Shown piece by piece: positions 1 to 10,441 of a stretch of DNA of 64,000 nucleotides (positions are counted from its first letter, which is position 1; each line of letters starts with the position of its first letter). The notes under the pieces were generated by a model, which saw nothing but the letters and a program-made list of their open reading frames with translations, did no database searches and had not been told where the DNA came from. The stretch is from Terriglobia bacterium (GTDB taxonomy: Bacteria; Acidobacteriota; Terriglobia; JAJPHL01; JAPKYU01). The stretch spans positions 768,001 to 832,000 of the forward strand of contig CBDBKE010000003.1 in the NCBI GenBank assembly GCA_965206645.1, written 5' to 3'. The translations under genes were made by a program, and so were the position numbers.

Positions 1-58
1 GACCGCGTCCCGGCAGCCGGGTCCGGATGAGCCGGCAGCTGGGTCCGGATTAAAAAAG

Positions 59-310
59 ATGAAAGCCAAAGTCTTCGTCACGCTCAAGAGCACGGTGCTC
101 GATCCGCAGGGCCAGACCATCCTGGGGGCGCTTCGTGAACTCGGGTTTTCCGAGATCGCCGACGTGCGTCAGGGAAAGTATTTTGAAATTGTGCTCTCCG
201 ACGGCCTCAGTCACGATCAAGCCCGCGAGCAGCTCGAACGCATCGCCCGCGATGTGCTGACCAATCCCGTGATCGAACAATTCTCCTACCAGCTCCTGAA
301 CCCAACGTAG
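59..310 (+). CDS. purS: Phosphoribosylformylglycinamidine synthase subunit PurS
   Basis: 83 aa; MKAKVFVTLK..VLDPQG, VRQGKYFEI and LTNPVIE motifs typical of PurS. Confidence 0.95.
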   Translation: MKAKVFVTLKSTVLDPQGQTILGALRELGFSEIADVRQGKYFEIVLSDGLSHDQAREQLERIARDVLTNPVIEQFSYQLLNPT

Positions 311-527
311 GAGCGGTCACGGCATTGGCGCCGGCGCGCTCCCAGGGTGCAATTTCGCTATTCTAGAGATCAAATCTTGTTATAGACGAGGAGGGACGGA
401 AGGCGCCCGCTGTCCTGTATAATGGCCGGTATAATGAGCGGATGGCCGGGGAGCAAGAGCCCGGCTTCCAAACAACCCTCCTAGCCGGACGCTTAGGAAG
501 GCTCAGGAAGCTGGAGAGTTCAGCAAT

Positions 528-2378
528 ATGTGTGGCATTGTGGGGTACGTAGGTAAGAAGCCGGCGGTGCCGGTCATCATCGAAGGACTGAAGCGGTTGG
601 AGTACCGCGGCTATGACTCGGCGGGCGTGGCTGTTGTCAACGACAGCGGCATGCAGGTGCGCCGCGCGCAGGGCAAGCTGCGGAACCTGGAGGAAGCCGT
701 CCGGCTGAATCCAATCCACGGCAGCTACGGCATCGGACATACGCGCTGGGCCACACACGGCCGTCCCAGCGAAATCAACTCCCACCCGCATCGCGACTGC
801 ACAGGCGACATCGTTGTGGTGCACAACGGCATTATCGAAAACTACCTGGCTCTGAAAAAGCAACTGAGCGCCGAAGGCCACGTCTTTGCTAGCGAAACCG
901 ACACCGAGATTGCAGCCCACCTGATCGAGAAGTACCTGAACGGGAATCTGGAGGAAGCGGTGTGCCGCGCCGTACAGGACATTCACGGTGTCTTTGCCCT
1001 GGGGGTGATTTCCAGCCGCGACCCCGAGAAAATCGTGGCCGCGCGCCTGGGACCTCCCGCGGTCGTAGGGTTGGGCAAGAATGAGTACTTCGTGGCCTCC
1101 GACATCCCGGCCATCCTCCACCACACACGCGATGTGTTCTTTCTCGCTGACGGCGACCTGGCCGTGATCAGCCCCAACGGCGTGAAGCTGACCGACTTTC
1201 AGGGAAACCCAATTCACCGCGAACTGCACCATATCACCTGGGACCCAATCATGGCTGAGAAGGCCGGCTACCCGCACTTCATGCTGAAGGAAATCTTCGA
1301 GCAGCCCCGGGGCGTGCGCGACACGGTTCTGGGCCGGGTCAGCCCCGACAAGACTCGTGTGGTTCTGGAGGAAATGCAGATTACCGCGGAGCAGTTCCAG
1401 AACTTCACTGAGATGAAAATTGTTGCCTGCGGGACCAGCCTGCACGCTGGCATGACTGGCAAATACATCATCGAGAAACTAGCTCGCCTGCCGGTTGAAG
1501 TGGATTACGGCAGTGAGTTCCGCTATCGAACTCCGATCATGGGCCCGCACACGCTGACGGTGCCGATCTCCCAGTCCGGCGAGACGGCCGACACGCTGGC
1601 GGCCCAGCGCGAAGCCAAGGCCAAAGGATCACCCACGCTGGCCATTGCCAATGTAGTCGGCAGCATGGTGACCCGTGAAGCGGCCGGCACCATCTACACG
1701 CACGCCGGCCCGGAAATTGGCGTGGCTTCCACCAAGGCCTTCACCTCGCAACTGACGGCCCTCTACTTGCTCGCCGTGCACCTGGCGACTCTCCGCGGAA
1801 CCATCAGCGACGAGCAAGCTCGCTTCTACCTGCAGGAGCTGATGCTGATTCCCGACAAGCTGGAATCGGTGCTGAAGAACGACGACCTGTATCAGGATCT
1901 GTCGCGCCGCTTCTACCGCGCCACAGACTTTCTGTTCCTCGGCCGCAGCATCCATTTTCCGATTGCCCTGGAGGGCGCGCTGAAGCTGAAGGAAATCTCC
2001 TATATCCATGCCGAAGGTTACCCGGCCGGCGAGATGAAGCACGGGCCCAACGCCCTGATTGACGAGAGTCTGCCGGTGGTAGTGCTGAACACTCGCGAGG
2101 ACGGCAATCCGGAAAGTGAGCTGCGCTACGAGAAGACGCTTTCCAACATCAAGGAAGTAAAGGCGCGCGATGGCATTGTGATTGCCGTTGTGACCGAAGG
2201 CGACACGGAGGCCCAGGAGGGCGCGGACCATCTGATTCCGATTCCGCGCTCGGCCGATCTACTCTCGCCGCTGCTGGCAATCGTGCCGCTGCAATTGCTG
2301 GCTTACCACATCGCCGTGCGCCGCGGCTGCGACGTGGACCAGCCCCGCAACCTGGCCAAGTCGGTAACCGTGGAATAG
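528..2378 (+). CDS. glmS: Glutamine--fructose-6-phosphate aminotransferase
   Basis: N-terminal [35 protein letters not shown]-terminal [13 protein letters not shown]. Confidence 0.99.
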   Translation: MCGIVGYVGKKPAVPVIIEGLKRLEYRGYDSAGVAVVNDSGMQVRRAQGKLRNLEEAVRLNPIHGSYGIGHTRWATHGRPSEINSHPHRDCTGDIVVVHNGIIENYLALKKQLSAEGHVFASETDTEIAAHLIEKYLNGNLEEAVCRAVQDIHGVFALGVISSRDPEKIVAARLGPPAVVGLGKNEYFVASDIPAILHHTRDVFFLADGDLAVISPNGVKLTDFQGNPIHRELHHITWDPIMAEKAGYPHFMLKEIFEQPRGVRDTVLGRVSPDKTRVVLEEMQITAEQFQNFTEMKIVACGTSLHAGMTGKYIIEKLARLPVEVDYGSEFRYRTPIMGPHTLTVPISQSGETADTLAAQREAKAKGSPTLAIANVVGSMVTREAAGTIYTHAGPEIGVASTKAFTSQLTALYLLAVHLATLRGTISDEQARFYLQELMLIPDKLESVLKNDDLYQDLSRRFYRATDFLFLGRSIHFPIALEGALKLKEISYIHAEGYPAGEMKHGPNALIDESLPVVVLNTREDGNPESELRYEKTLSNIKEVKARDGIVIAVVTEGDTEAQEGADHLIPIPRSADLLSPLLAIVPLQLLAYHIAVRRGCDVDQPRNLAKSVTVE

Positions 2379-2517
2379 ACGGGCACAACTTCTGAGGCGG
2401 GATCAACTGGCGACGCCTCTTCAAACGAACCCACCTGGGAAATCTAGAATTGCATGACAGCCACCAGGCTGCCAGCTTCCGGCCAGACCCAATCACGGAT
2501 TCAACATCCCTACGGAT

Positions 2518-3717
2518 TCAACCCTGCGAAGACCGGTCTCCTGCGCCTCTCCTGATCTCGAGCGCAAAGGGAAGCAGGATGCAGAACAGCCAACTGAACT
2601 GTCCACCGCCGAAGAACACCAGATAAAGCTGTGCGAGAGGCAGCAGCACGACCAGCGCCACGGCCGCAGGCTTGGACTTCTCTTGACTGTGCCCTACAGA
2701 GCAGCGGCTGAACAACAGGACGGCGGGCAGCACCAACAGGCTGAGGTCATGGATAAGCGCGTGGTAGCTAACCAGCAGGGTGATCACCAGGCTTGAGGCA
2801 AACTGTAAGTCGAATGTCCGCTCCGGCCTCGCCCAAGTGCTCGTGTCCCACTTTTTCATCGACCAGAACAGAAGGGCTGCGGACCCGATCAAGACGACCA
2901 GTTGCAGAGAAGAAGCCGGAAGCCATGCGGCGAACAACGTGTGGGCGAAGCCGCGAAGGTTAGGCATCGTTGCCGGTAAGATGTGGAAGCTTTGACTTCC
3001 TGCTACGGACCTCATTTCCCAGAGCAGGCGCGGGTAGCTGAGCAGCCCCTGCCAGCCCATGAGCAGCCAGGAGACCAGCGCGAGCCATGCGCCAACGACG
3101 GCAAACCCCCAAAAGACTCTGGCTTTCTTTCTTGCGCACAATGCGATCAGGAAGGGCAGAACCAGCTGGAACCTGAAAAGACCGGCGGCTAAGAAACACC
3201 CTGCCGCAAACTGCCGGTTGCTTCTCAGGCTGAGATACACCAGCGTGTAGACCAGCAGCAGCAAGATGGAGTCCTGCCCCTGAAGGAGCACAGCCAGCAA
3301 AGGCACAATCGAGATCGCGACCACGAGAAGCCGATCCCCGGTGCCGAAATGGATTGCGTGAGGTTCCAGCAAAAAGGCCACCAGACCCAGAACGTACAGG
3401 TTGGCAAGGACCCACAGCAGATAGGCCGTCGGGTAGGAGAAATAGGTGAACGGGACGAAGAGGACGGCCTCAAACGGCGGATGGTTGAAATGGAGGGAGT
3501 CGCGGTGAACGGTGTACTCCCGCTGAACTCTTGCTTGCGTCTCGTAGTCGTAGAGATCGCTTGCTGAGCCTTGCCGGACAATCTTGCCAGCGGCGTACAA
3601 GTAACTAAAGTCGGCGGAGATGTCGCTCCTAGACGTCTTCAGTGGCCAGAGGAGCAAGAGGAAGAGAACGGAAGGTGCAACCAAAACAAAGAAGACGAAC
3701 TTCGCTCTTTGGCTCAT
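2518..3717 (-). CDS. GT87/DUF2029-like polytopic membrane glycosyltransferase
   Basis: DFSYLYAAG..LYD, FNHPPF, LQGQDS motifs and many TM helices; start chosen at ATG 3717. Confidence 0.75.
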   Translation of the reverse strand: MSQRAKFVFFVLVAPSVLFLLLLWPLKTSRSDISADFSYLYAAGKIVRQGSASDLYDYETQARVQREYTVHRDSLHFNHPPFEAVLFVPFTYFSYPTAYLLWVLANLYVLGLVAFLLEPHAIHFGTGDRLLVVAISIVPLLAVLLQGQDSILLLLVYTLVYLSLRSNRQFAAGCFLAAGLFRFQLVLPFLIALCARKKARVFWGFAVVGAWLALVSWLLMGWQGLLSYPRLLWEMRSVAGSQSFHILPATMPNLRGFAHTLFAAWLPASSLQLVVLIGSAALLFWSMKKWDTSTWARPERTFDLQFASSLVITLLVSYHALIHDLSLLVLPAVLLFSRCSVGHSQEKSKPAAVALVVLLPLAQLYLVFFGGGQFSWLFCILLPFALEIRRGAGDRSSQG

Positions 3718-3809
3718 GAAGTCTCTGCTGGCTTGCAACTCGCTATCGAGAGGCGGAGACAAGAACCCATCTCAAGTGGCAACGGTGGGGCGCCCCGGGG
3801 CATCTCCCA

Positions 3810-4742
3810 TCAGAACTCGGAGGCATGGTCCAACCTTCGAACTAAGCCCATTCGCTGCGCAACCGTCACCACGAAAATGTACATGCAGAAATATTCCACC
3901 GCAAACGGAGGAAACCCAAAATAACCAACCACTGGCATTTCAAAGATTTTTACGCTGGGCAAAATGGGAAAAACATAGATCCACTTCGCCGGCGCCCAGT
4001 AGTTCCAGAATTCCCAAAAAACTCCGCACACTGCGCCGGAGACCAGCAGCGCGTAGAGCCGTCCCCGCTGGCCCTGCGCCAGCTCGTTCCCCAGCGAGAT
4101 AGCGCCTAGCCGGGCATTCAGCGGGTCGAGCAGGAAAAAGAAAGCCAGCCAAACTAGGCCGAACAGATACGCAGCAGCAGCGCGCGGCACCACCAGCGGG
4201 ATCAGCAGCATCACCGCGCCGATCCCAGGGAATAGACGGCGGAGGCCAAAGGGAACAGCCAGCGGCGCGTAGGTCTTCTGCCACAAGCTGGCGGCGCGCA
4301 ACAGAAAGGCCGTCTCCAACATCGCCGGCCAGATGGTGGAGAAAGCCCAGGCGTAACCGAAATAGCGCACCGCCAGGTTGAGTGGCAGGTAGGGATAGAC
4401 CCAGTTGTGCAGCCGCAGGTTGTAGGCCTCAAAGATGAGCCAGAAGGGGGCCGACACGATGACGGCGGCCAGGAACTCACGTCCCCGTCCATGGAGCAGC
4501 GATTCCCCGCGCAGTGAGTAAACCGCCGCGTCCACGGCCGCGATGTAGCCGGTCCAGGCAATGGGCGTGAAGAAAGTGGCTACCGGCTCGGTCCCCTGGA
4601 ACATCAGCGCCTCGCCCAGCCCAATCACCGCGAGGCCCAGGTAGCCCTAGCGTGGGTAGGGACGCAGGTGCGGGCGGCTCAGATACAGCCACACCAACCA
4701 TCCGGCCGTCAGCACCCACAGCGCGATGCCCACTGCCGTCAT
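3810..4742 (-). pseudogene. Conserved multi-TM membrane protein with one in-frame TAG (4647-4649)
   Basis: Frame runs MTAVGIALWVLTAGWLVWLYLSRPHLRPYPR*GYLGLAVIG... into the 272-aa ORF (WEFWNYWA, FEMPVVGYFGFPPF motifs). Confidence 0.65.
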
Positions 4743-4842
4743 GCAGCTGCGACTTTACCACGTCAGCGACGGGCAAGAACGCCTCTGCCGGCGTGCGGCC
4801 GTCATGTATAGTAAGCTTCGTCCTAGTAAGCTTGTTCGGCGC

Positions 4843-5595
4843 ATGAGCGACGTGGCCTCGCGAGTTGTGGAAGCACCGGCACTGGTGGCGATTTCCGCTG
4901 GCTGGTTCCTCATGGGCAGCCCAGAGGGACACGGCCGTGCCGAGGAACGGCCCGCGCACCGCGTCTGGGTGGACAGTTTTGAAATGGCCCGCTGCCAGGT
5001 CACCAACCGCGAGTATGTGCGCTTCCTCGAGGCCACCGGACGTCGGCCGCCGCCGTTCTGGAATCAGCCTGAATTTTCTGCGCCAGATCAGCCTGTGGTC
5101 GGCACAAGCTGGTTCGACGCCATGGCCTACTGTGACTGGCTGAGCCTGGAAACCGGCGAGTCCTACCGCCTGCCCACGGAAGCCGAATGGGAACGAGCGG
5201 CTCGGGGCGGCGCCGAAGGCTGCTTCTATCCCTGGGGCGACACCGATCCAGCCGGGCGGCCTGCCTACGCGCAGCGCTGGAAGCAGGGGCCCGAACCGGC
5301 GGCTACCGCGCCGCCGAATGCCTACGGGCTGTTTGACATGTGCGAAAACGTGCACGAATGGTGCTTGGACTGGTACAACCCCGGTTTCTACGCCACTTCG
5401 CCGGAACGCAACCCGGCGTGCGCCCAGCGGGTCACTTCCCCAGCTCGCCGCGCATCGCGTGGCGGTTCGTGGCGCCACCACATTAAGATTTCGCGTTGTG
5501 CGGCGCGCAGCAGCATCCCTGCGGAGTTTCACTACGCTGACTATGGCTTCCGCCTCGTCCGCAGTGAACTTCGTTTTCCAGCACTCGCGGTTTAG
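4843..5595 (+). CDS. Formylglycine-generating enzyme (SUMF1/FGE-sulfatase) fold protein
   Basis: FLMGS, VTNREY, YRLPTEAEWERAARGG, NAYGLFDM.ENVHEWC, RGGSW, GFR; lacks the CxxxxC pair of catalytic FGE. Confidence 0.9.
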   Translation: MSDVASRVVEAPALVAISAGWFLMGSPEGHGRAEERPAHRVWVDSFEMARCQVTNREYVRFLEATGRRPPPFWNQPEFSAPDQPVVGTSWFDAMAYCDWLSLETGESYRLPTEAEWERAARGGAEGCFYPWGDTDPAGRPAYAQRWKQGPEPAATAPPNAYGLFDMCENVHEWCLDWYNPGFYATSPERNPACAQRVTSPARRASRGGSWRHHIKISRCAARSSIPAEFHYADYGFRLVRSELRFPALAV

Positions 5596-5636
5596 CGCCA
5601 CGTAATGCGCAGGCTGGCGCTACAATAAAGGCTCCC

Positions 5637-6911
5637 ATGGTCTCTGCGAATGGCAATCGTCTGCGGCGCGTGGTGGTAACGGGCATCGGCGCCGTCAGCC
5701 CAAACGGCGTGGGCCGTGAGGCCTTCTGGCAGGCGACCTGCGAAGGACGCAGCGGCATTCGCCGCATCTCCCTGTTTGACCCTTCGTCGCTGCCCGTGCA
5801 CATTGCCGGGGAAATCCCCGGCTTCGAGCCGGACCGCTACGTTACTCCCAAGGAACGCCCGCACGTGTCCCGCGCGGTGCCCGTGGCGCTGGCGGCCTCC
5901 GAGGAAGCGCTGGCCGACGCCGGCCTCGATCCGCAGGCAATGGACCTGGAGGCCAAGCGCAACGTAGCGGTGGTGCTGGGCTCGGGCGGCGGCAGCCAGG
6001 AATTCACCGAGGAGCAGTACCGGCTTTACTATGCCGGCCAGATCAAGAAGGTCAGCGTCTATACGATTCCCTCCTCCACCATTGGCACCTTGTCCAGCGA
6101 AGTCTCCATGCGCTTTGGCTTCCGGGGCTTCAGCCACCTGGTCTCCACCGGCTGCACATCCTCGACCGACGCGCTGGGCTACGCGTTCCGCAACATCCAA
6201 ACGGGAGTGATCGATACGGTGCTGGCCGGAGGCGTAGACGCCCCCATCGCCTATCTGATTTTACGCGGCTTTCACCTGATGCGGATCCTGACCACCAGTT
6301 GGAACCACGCTCCGGAGCGCGGCTCCCGGCCGTTTTCCGCCGACCGCGATGGGTTCGTGATCGCCGAAGGCGGCTGGATGCTAGTGCTGGAGGAGCGTGA
6401 ACGGGCCCTGCGCCGCGGCGCGCCGGTCTATGGCGAAATCGTCGGCTACGGCTCTTCCTGCGAAGCTTACCACCGGGTGCGTCTGGAAGAGTGCGGCGAA
6501 GAACCGGCACGCGCCATGCACCTGGCCCTGGAAGAAGCCGGCCTGCGCCCCGAGCAGATTTCCTATGCGAACCTGCATGGCACCTCCACCGTGTTGAACG
6601 ACCGCGTGGAAACGCGCGCACTGAAGCTTTGCTTTCAGAGCCACGCCCCGCGCCTGGCGACCTCCGCGTTAAAATCCATGATTGGCCACCCACAGGGAGC
6701 CTGCGGAGCCGCCGGAGTGGCGGCCACGCTGCTGGCAATGCGAGACAGCCTGGTGCCTCCTACCATCAACCTGGATGAGCCGGACCCGGAATGTGACCTG
6801 GATTATTCACCCCAGCCCGGGCGCCGGATGGAAATCCCCTACGCACTGTGCAACTGCATCGGCTTTGGCAGCAAGAATTCCGCGCTCGTGCTGAAAAATC
6901 CCAATGAGTGA
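5637..6911 (+). CDS. Beta-ketoacyl-ACP synthase II (FabF-like ketosynthase)
   Basis: RRVVVTGIG, catalytic STGCTSS, HGTST and KSMIGH, C-terminal GFGSKNSALV. Confidence 0.92.
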   Translation: MVSANGNRLRRVVVTGIGAVSPNGVGREAFWQATCEGRSGIRRISLFDPSSLPVHIAGEIPGFEPDRYVTPKERPHVSRAVPVALAASEEALADAGLDPQAMDLEAKRNVAVVLGSGGGSQEFTEEQYRLYYAGQIKKVSVYTIPSSTIGTLSSEVSMRFGFRGFSHLVSTGCTSSTDALGYAFRNIQTGVIDTVLAGGVDAPIAYLILRGFHLMRILTTSWNHAPERGSRPFSADRDGFVIAEGGWMLVLEERERALRRGAPVYGEIVGYGSSCEAYHRVRLEECGEEPARAMHLALEEAGLRPEQISYANLHGTSTVLNDRVETRALKLCFQSHAPRLATSALKSMIGHPQGACGAAGVAATLLAMRDSLVPPTINLDEPDPECDLDYSPQPGRRMEIPYALCNCIGFGSKNSALVLKNPNE

Positions 6912-6966
6912 AGAATGGGAGTACAGCCTTTCCTTCTTCACTCTTCACTTATAACTTTTGATTGCT

Positions 6967-7650
6967 ATGTTCGTGGCCGACCGGCGCATCCATGTCCAGG
7001 AAATGCTCGACGTCGGCGCGGGTAGTGACGCCGAGGTCGCCGAGAGTCTGGCTGACCTGCGGCGAATCAACCGATTCCTGGGCGGTCGAGGTGTGCTGCG
7101 GAAGCTGTTGCGCGAACAGGTGCGGCGCACGGGTTTGCGGGCCTTTTCCCTGCTGGACGTAGCCACCGGCTCCGGTGATCTGCCGGCGGCGGTGCGGCGC
7201 TGGTACCCTCAGGCGCACGTCACCGCTCTGGAGTTGCACCTACGCCACCTGCGCCTGGCCCAGACGCCCGGCGTCGGGCTGGTTTGCGGCAACGCCTTCC
7301 ACGCCCCGTTTGCGACGCGCTCCTTCGACTTTGTGGCCGTCTCCCTGTTCCTCCACCATTGGCCCGACGTCGAGGTGCCGCACCTGCTGCACGAGCTGGC
7401 GCGGCTGGCTCGCCGCGCTCTGCTAATCAATGACCTGGACCGCCACTGGGTGCCGTTCTACTTCCTCCGCTGGACGGCGCCGCTGTTCGCACGCAGTCCG
7501 ATCACCCGTTTCGACGGGCCGGCCTCCGTGCAGCGCGCCTTCGGGCCGGGCGAGCTGAAACAGGCAGCAGGAGAGGCCGGCTTCCGCCACTTCCGCACGC
7601 GCTGGCACGTGCCTTTCCGCAGGTCGTTGGTGGTGGAGCTGGATAACTGA
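6967..7650 (+). CDS. SAM-dependent methyltransferase
   Basis: EMLD..LADLRRINRFLGG, LLDVATGSGD, SLFLHH, INDLDR. Confidence 0.85.
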   Translation: MFVADRRIHVQEMLDVGAGSDAEVAESLADLRRINRFLGGRGVLRKLLREQVRRTGLRAFSLLDVATGSGDLPAAVRRWYPQAHVTALELHLRHLRLAQTPGVGLVCGNAFHAPFATRSFDFVAVSLFLHHWPDVEVPHLLHELARLARRALLINDLDRHWVPFYFLRWTAPLFARSPITRFDGPASVQRAFGPGELKQAAGEAGFRHFRTRWHVPFRRSLVVELDN

Positions 7651-7722
7651 TTGTCGATTTCGGATTGTCCATTGCCTGTGGCCGAGACCTGATGGCTGAA
7701 GGCTGACACCGGAGAGCCATTT

Positions 7723-8883
7723 ATGTGGGACGTAGCAGTTGTCGGTGCTGGACCGGCCGGATGCGCCGCGGCCATCGAACTGGCGCGGGCAGGCGCCAAG
7801 ATCGGCCTGTTGGAGAAAGCGGCCTTCCCGCGCGACAAGCTGTGCGGCGAGTTTCTCTCGCCGGTGGGAGCACGCGTCGTGGAGGAACTGGGTTGTGGCC
7901 GGCAGTTTCACGCGGCGCAACCGGCCCCCATCGAGCGCGCAGTGGTGGTGACGGCCTCGGGCGCGCGATTGGAATTTCCCTTCCCTGCCCGCGCCTACGG
8001 CCTGTCGCGCCTGCGGTTTGATCACCTGCTGGCCCGAGCGGCACTGGCTGCCGGCGCGCAACTGATCGAGAAGGCTGAGATCGTCCGCCTGGAGAATGCG
8101 ACCCAGACCCTGTCGACGCGTGACGGCCGGAAGTTTCAGTCGCGAATGGTGTTGCTGGCGTCCGGGCGACACTCGCTGCTACAGCCCCTGACTTCCGATT
8201 CATCGACCGGTCGCACAGCGCTCCGGCCTGCCCGGAGAGAAAAGCAGGCCAACCCTACATATTTCGCTTTCAAAGCGCACTATCGGGGCGAATGCGCCGG
8301 CCGGGTGGAACTCTACTTCTTCCCCTGTGGCTACTGCGGCCTGGCGCCGATTGAGGGCGGACGGGTGAACTTGTGCTGCCTGGTGGAGAAAAGCCTCCTC
8401 GCTACCGGCTCGGCCGAGCAGGTGCTGGCGCGCGTCCCCGCCCTGCGCGCGCGCCTGGCCGGATGGAGGCGTGAAGAACCCTTTCTGTTCACGGGGCCGG
8501 TGTCCATGGGCTGGCGCCGCCCCCCATCCGACCTGCTGGTGGCCGGCGATGCAGCGCTGTTTCCGGATCCGTTTACCGGTCAGGGGATGTCGGTAGCGCT
8601 GGAAAATGGGCGCATGGCGGCCCGGCATGCGCTGTCCGGCAGCGAAGCTGTCTCTGAATCTAGCGAAGCTGTCTCCGAATCCATCGAAGCCTACTCCCGG
8701 GAATTGCAGAGGCGCTTCGGGGGACAACTGCGTGCGGCCCGCCTGCTTCGCGCAGCCACGACGCCCTGGCTGGAGCGTACACTGCTGCGGGTGTTCTGCT
8801 GCGTCCCACTCCGCCAAGCCGCATGTTGTGCAATCCGCCATCACAGCAGACTTGCCGTAGCCCGGCCAGGTGCGGGACAATAA
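7723..8883 (+). CDS. FAD-dependent oxidoreductase (geranylgeranyl reductase/monooxygenase-like)
   Basis: DVAVVGAGPAG, FPRDKLCGEFLSP, VAGDAA..PDPFTGQGM. Confidence 0.88.
   Translation: MWDVAVVGAGPAGCAAAIELARAGAKIGLLEKAAFPRDKLCGEFLSPVGARVVEELGCGRQFHAAQPAPIERAVVVTASGARLEFPFPARAYGLSRLRFDHLLARAALAAGAQLIEKAEIVRLENATQTLSTRDGRKFQSRMVLLASGRHSLLQPLTSDSSTGRTALRPARREKQANPTYFAFKAHYRGECAGRVELYFFPCGYCGLAPIEGGRVNLCCLVEKSLLATGSAEQVLARVPALRARLAGWRREEPFLFTGPVSMGWRRPPSDLLVAGDAALFPDPFTGQGMSVALENGRMAARHALSGSEAVSESSEAVSESIEAYSRELQRRFGGQLRAARLLRAATTPWLERTLLRVFCCVPLRQAACCAIRHHSRLAVARPGAGQ
8641..8682 (+). repeat. 21-bp in-frame tandem duplication (SEAVSES x2)
   Basis: AGCGAAGCTGTCTCTGAATCT / AGCGAAGCTGTCTCCGAATCC. 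Confidence 0.85.
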
Positions 8884-8892
8884 TCAGAGGAC

Positions 8893-8966
8893 TGCCTGGT
8901 CGTTCAATGGTAGGACGCAGGACTTTGGATCCTGTTATGGAGGTTCGAATCCTCCCCAGGCAGCCA
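8893..8966 (+). tRNA. tRNA-Gln (TTG)
   Basis: Acceptor TGCCTGG/CCAGGCA, anticodon arm CAGGA-CTTTGGA-TCCTG, T arm GGAGG-TTCGAAT-CCTCC, encoded CCA. Confidence 0.97.
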
Positions 8967-9048
8967 AGCAGGCCCAGGCAGCCTTGTCTCTCCACCCGGA
9001 GCCGAGAGCATCGCCCAGGAAGCGTGAAAGAGTCCGAGGACGTTTGTT

Positions 9049-9722
9049 CCGGAATTTCCTTTTTGGCCTTCCGGCGATTGAAAATATACACGCATCTGCG
9101 TCCCAGCGAGTACAATGTTTTCTCCGAGAGGACCATCGGCTCCGAGCGTCCCTTTCGGGGTCCCCTAAAACCGTCCAATCAGCATCCAAACCCAGCTTTT
9201 TCAGACAACTCTCCATACCTGGGGGATAGCGGCATCGTTTTCTTGTGTGCCGTAGCCCAGGCTATCCCGACGGGAGTGCCAATCCATCGATCCGCCCCAG
9301 CATGCTGGCAAACAGCCGTCGGGTCAAATGGCCCTCGGCCAGCAGGAGCCAGTAGTACCGTGAGTGTTTTAGGAGCCGTCCTCCGGTTTTCACCAGCCGC
9401 TGCTGGAGGCTCGTCAAGGACCATTTCTCGATTCTCTGTGGCAGCACTAGCCGTCGCCACAGGTTGCCCAGGTTGTAGGCGATGATCGTCAGCCAAAGCC
9501 GTACCTCGTTAGATCGGAACTTGTGGCAACTGAGCCGCGTCATCTTCACCGCCTGCTTGCCTTCCTTGATCCACTGTTCTGCGGTGCCGCGCTTGTTATA
9601 GAATCGCACCACCGCCCGATTCGGCAGCGTCAGATTCGTTACAATGAACCCCACTCGCGGGAACAACTCCCCGGAATGATGCTCTACTTTCGCCACCACC
9701 CTTCGAGCCGTCTTCCAACCGG
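9049..9722 (-). mobile_element. Truncated IS1380-family element (3' part of transposase plus terminal CCGGAATTTCC)
   Basis: Near-identical to 22017-22692; encodes the ...FYNKRGTAEQWIKEGK...LALPSG C-terminus. Confidence 0.9.
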
Positions 9723-9785
9723 TGCGCGGGCGAAAGCACCAGGTCGTCGATGGCAAGACACCCCGAACCCACCATCCCGCTACTG

Positions 9786-9824
9786 TTGACATTCGCTACG
9801 ATGACCGTTACTCTTGACGTAACG
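9786..9824 (+). promoter_or_regulatory. Putative sigma70 promoter and operator of higBA
   Basis: TTGACA(9786)-17bp-TACTCT, overlapped by inverted repeat CGTTAC-N7-GTAACG (9806-9824). Confidence 0.6.
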
Positions 9825-9846
9825 CATATTTTCGGGCATATTGGGA

Positions 9847-10131
9847 ATGATCCTCAGCTATCGCGACAAGCAAACTACAGACTTCGCCGCCGGGAAACGG
9901 GTCAAGGCTTTCTCCGGTATCGAACAGGCTTCACGGCTGAAGATCGACCGACTCGAAGCGGCAACCGCTCTTCAGGACCTTGCCGCTTTGCCCGGCAACC
10001 GTTTCGAAGCGCTCAAAGGTGACCGCAAGGGCCAGTACAGCATCCGCATCAACGACCAGTGGCGGATTTGCTTCGAATGGCCCAAGGGGTCCCCCGGACC
10101 CGAGAATGTAGAGATTGTTGACTATCACTAG
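9847..10131 (+). CDS. higB: HigB-family toxin (RelE superfamily)
   Basis: PGNRFEALKGDRKGQYSIRINDQWRICFEW...VEIVDYH. Confidence 0.92.
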   Translation: MILSYRDKQTTDFAAGKRVKAFSGIEQASRLKIDRLEAATALQDLAALPGNRFEALKGDRKGQYSIRINDQWRICFEWPKGSPGPENVEIVDYH

Positions 10132-10141
10132 GAGAACTGCA

Positions 10142-10441
10142 ATGGCCGTGCCCGCAATCCATCCCGGCAAACATCTCGCCGAAGAACTGAAAGAGCTCCA
10201 CATGAGCGCGGCCACGCTTGCGCGCCAGCTCAAGGTGCCTACGAACCGCATCACCGAGATTCTGAACGGCCATCGGGCCATCACCGGCGATACGGCCCTA
10301 CGCCTGGCCCACTTCTTTGGCACCAGTGCGGAATTTTGGCTCAACCTGCAAAAGCTCTATGAGCTGCGCCTTGCCGAGAAGAAAGCCAGCAAGGCGATCA
10401 AGACCCTGCCGACGCTTAAGAACGAACACGTTCACGCCTGA
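10142..10441 (+). CDS. higA: HigA-family antitoxin (HTH)
   Basis: IHPGKHLAEEL, RITEILNGHRAITGDTALRLAHFFGTSAEFWLNLQKLYEL. Confidence 0.92.
   Translation: MAVPAIHPGKHLAEELKELHMSAATLARQLKVPTNRITEILNGHRAITGDTALRLAHFFGTSAEFWLNLQKLYELRLAEKKASKAIKTLPTLKNEHVHA

Noticed and set aside
311-527. glmS ribozyme in the leader
   Set aside because: I cannot recognise the conserved core; an Infernal search with the glmS model would be needed.
363-1445. Long antisense or alternative-frame ORFs (e.g. 363-1445, 4477-5601, 45163-46263, 59925-61040)
   Set aside because: They shadow well-supported genes, as expected in high-GC DNA, and carry no motifs.
2379-2517. Tn7-like insertion at the glmS attTn7 site
   Set aside because: No TGT-initiated end with repeated TnsB sites and no tns genes nearby.
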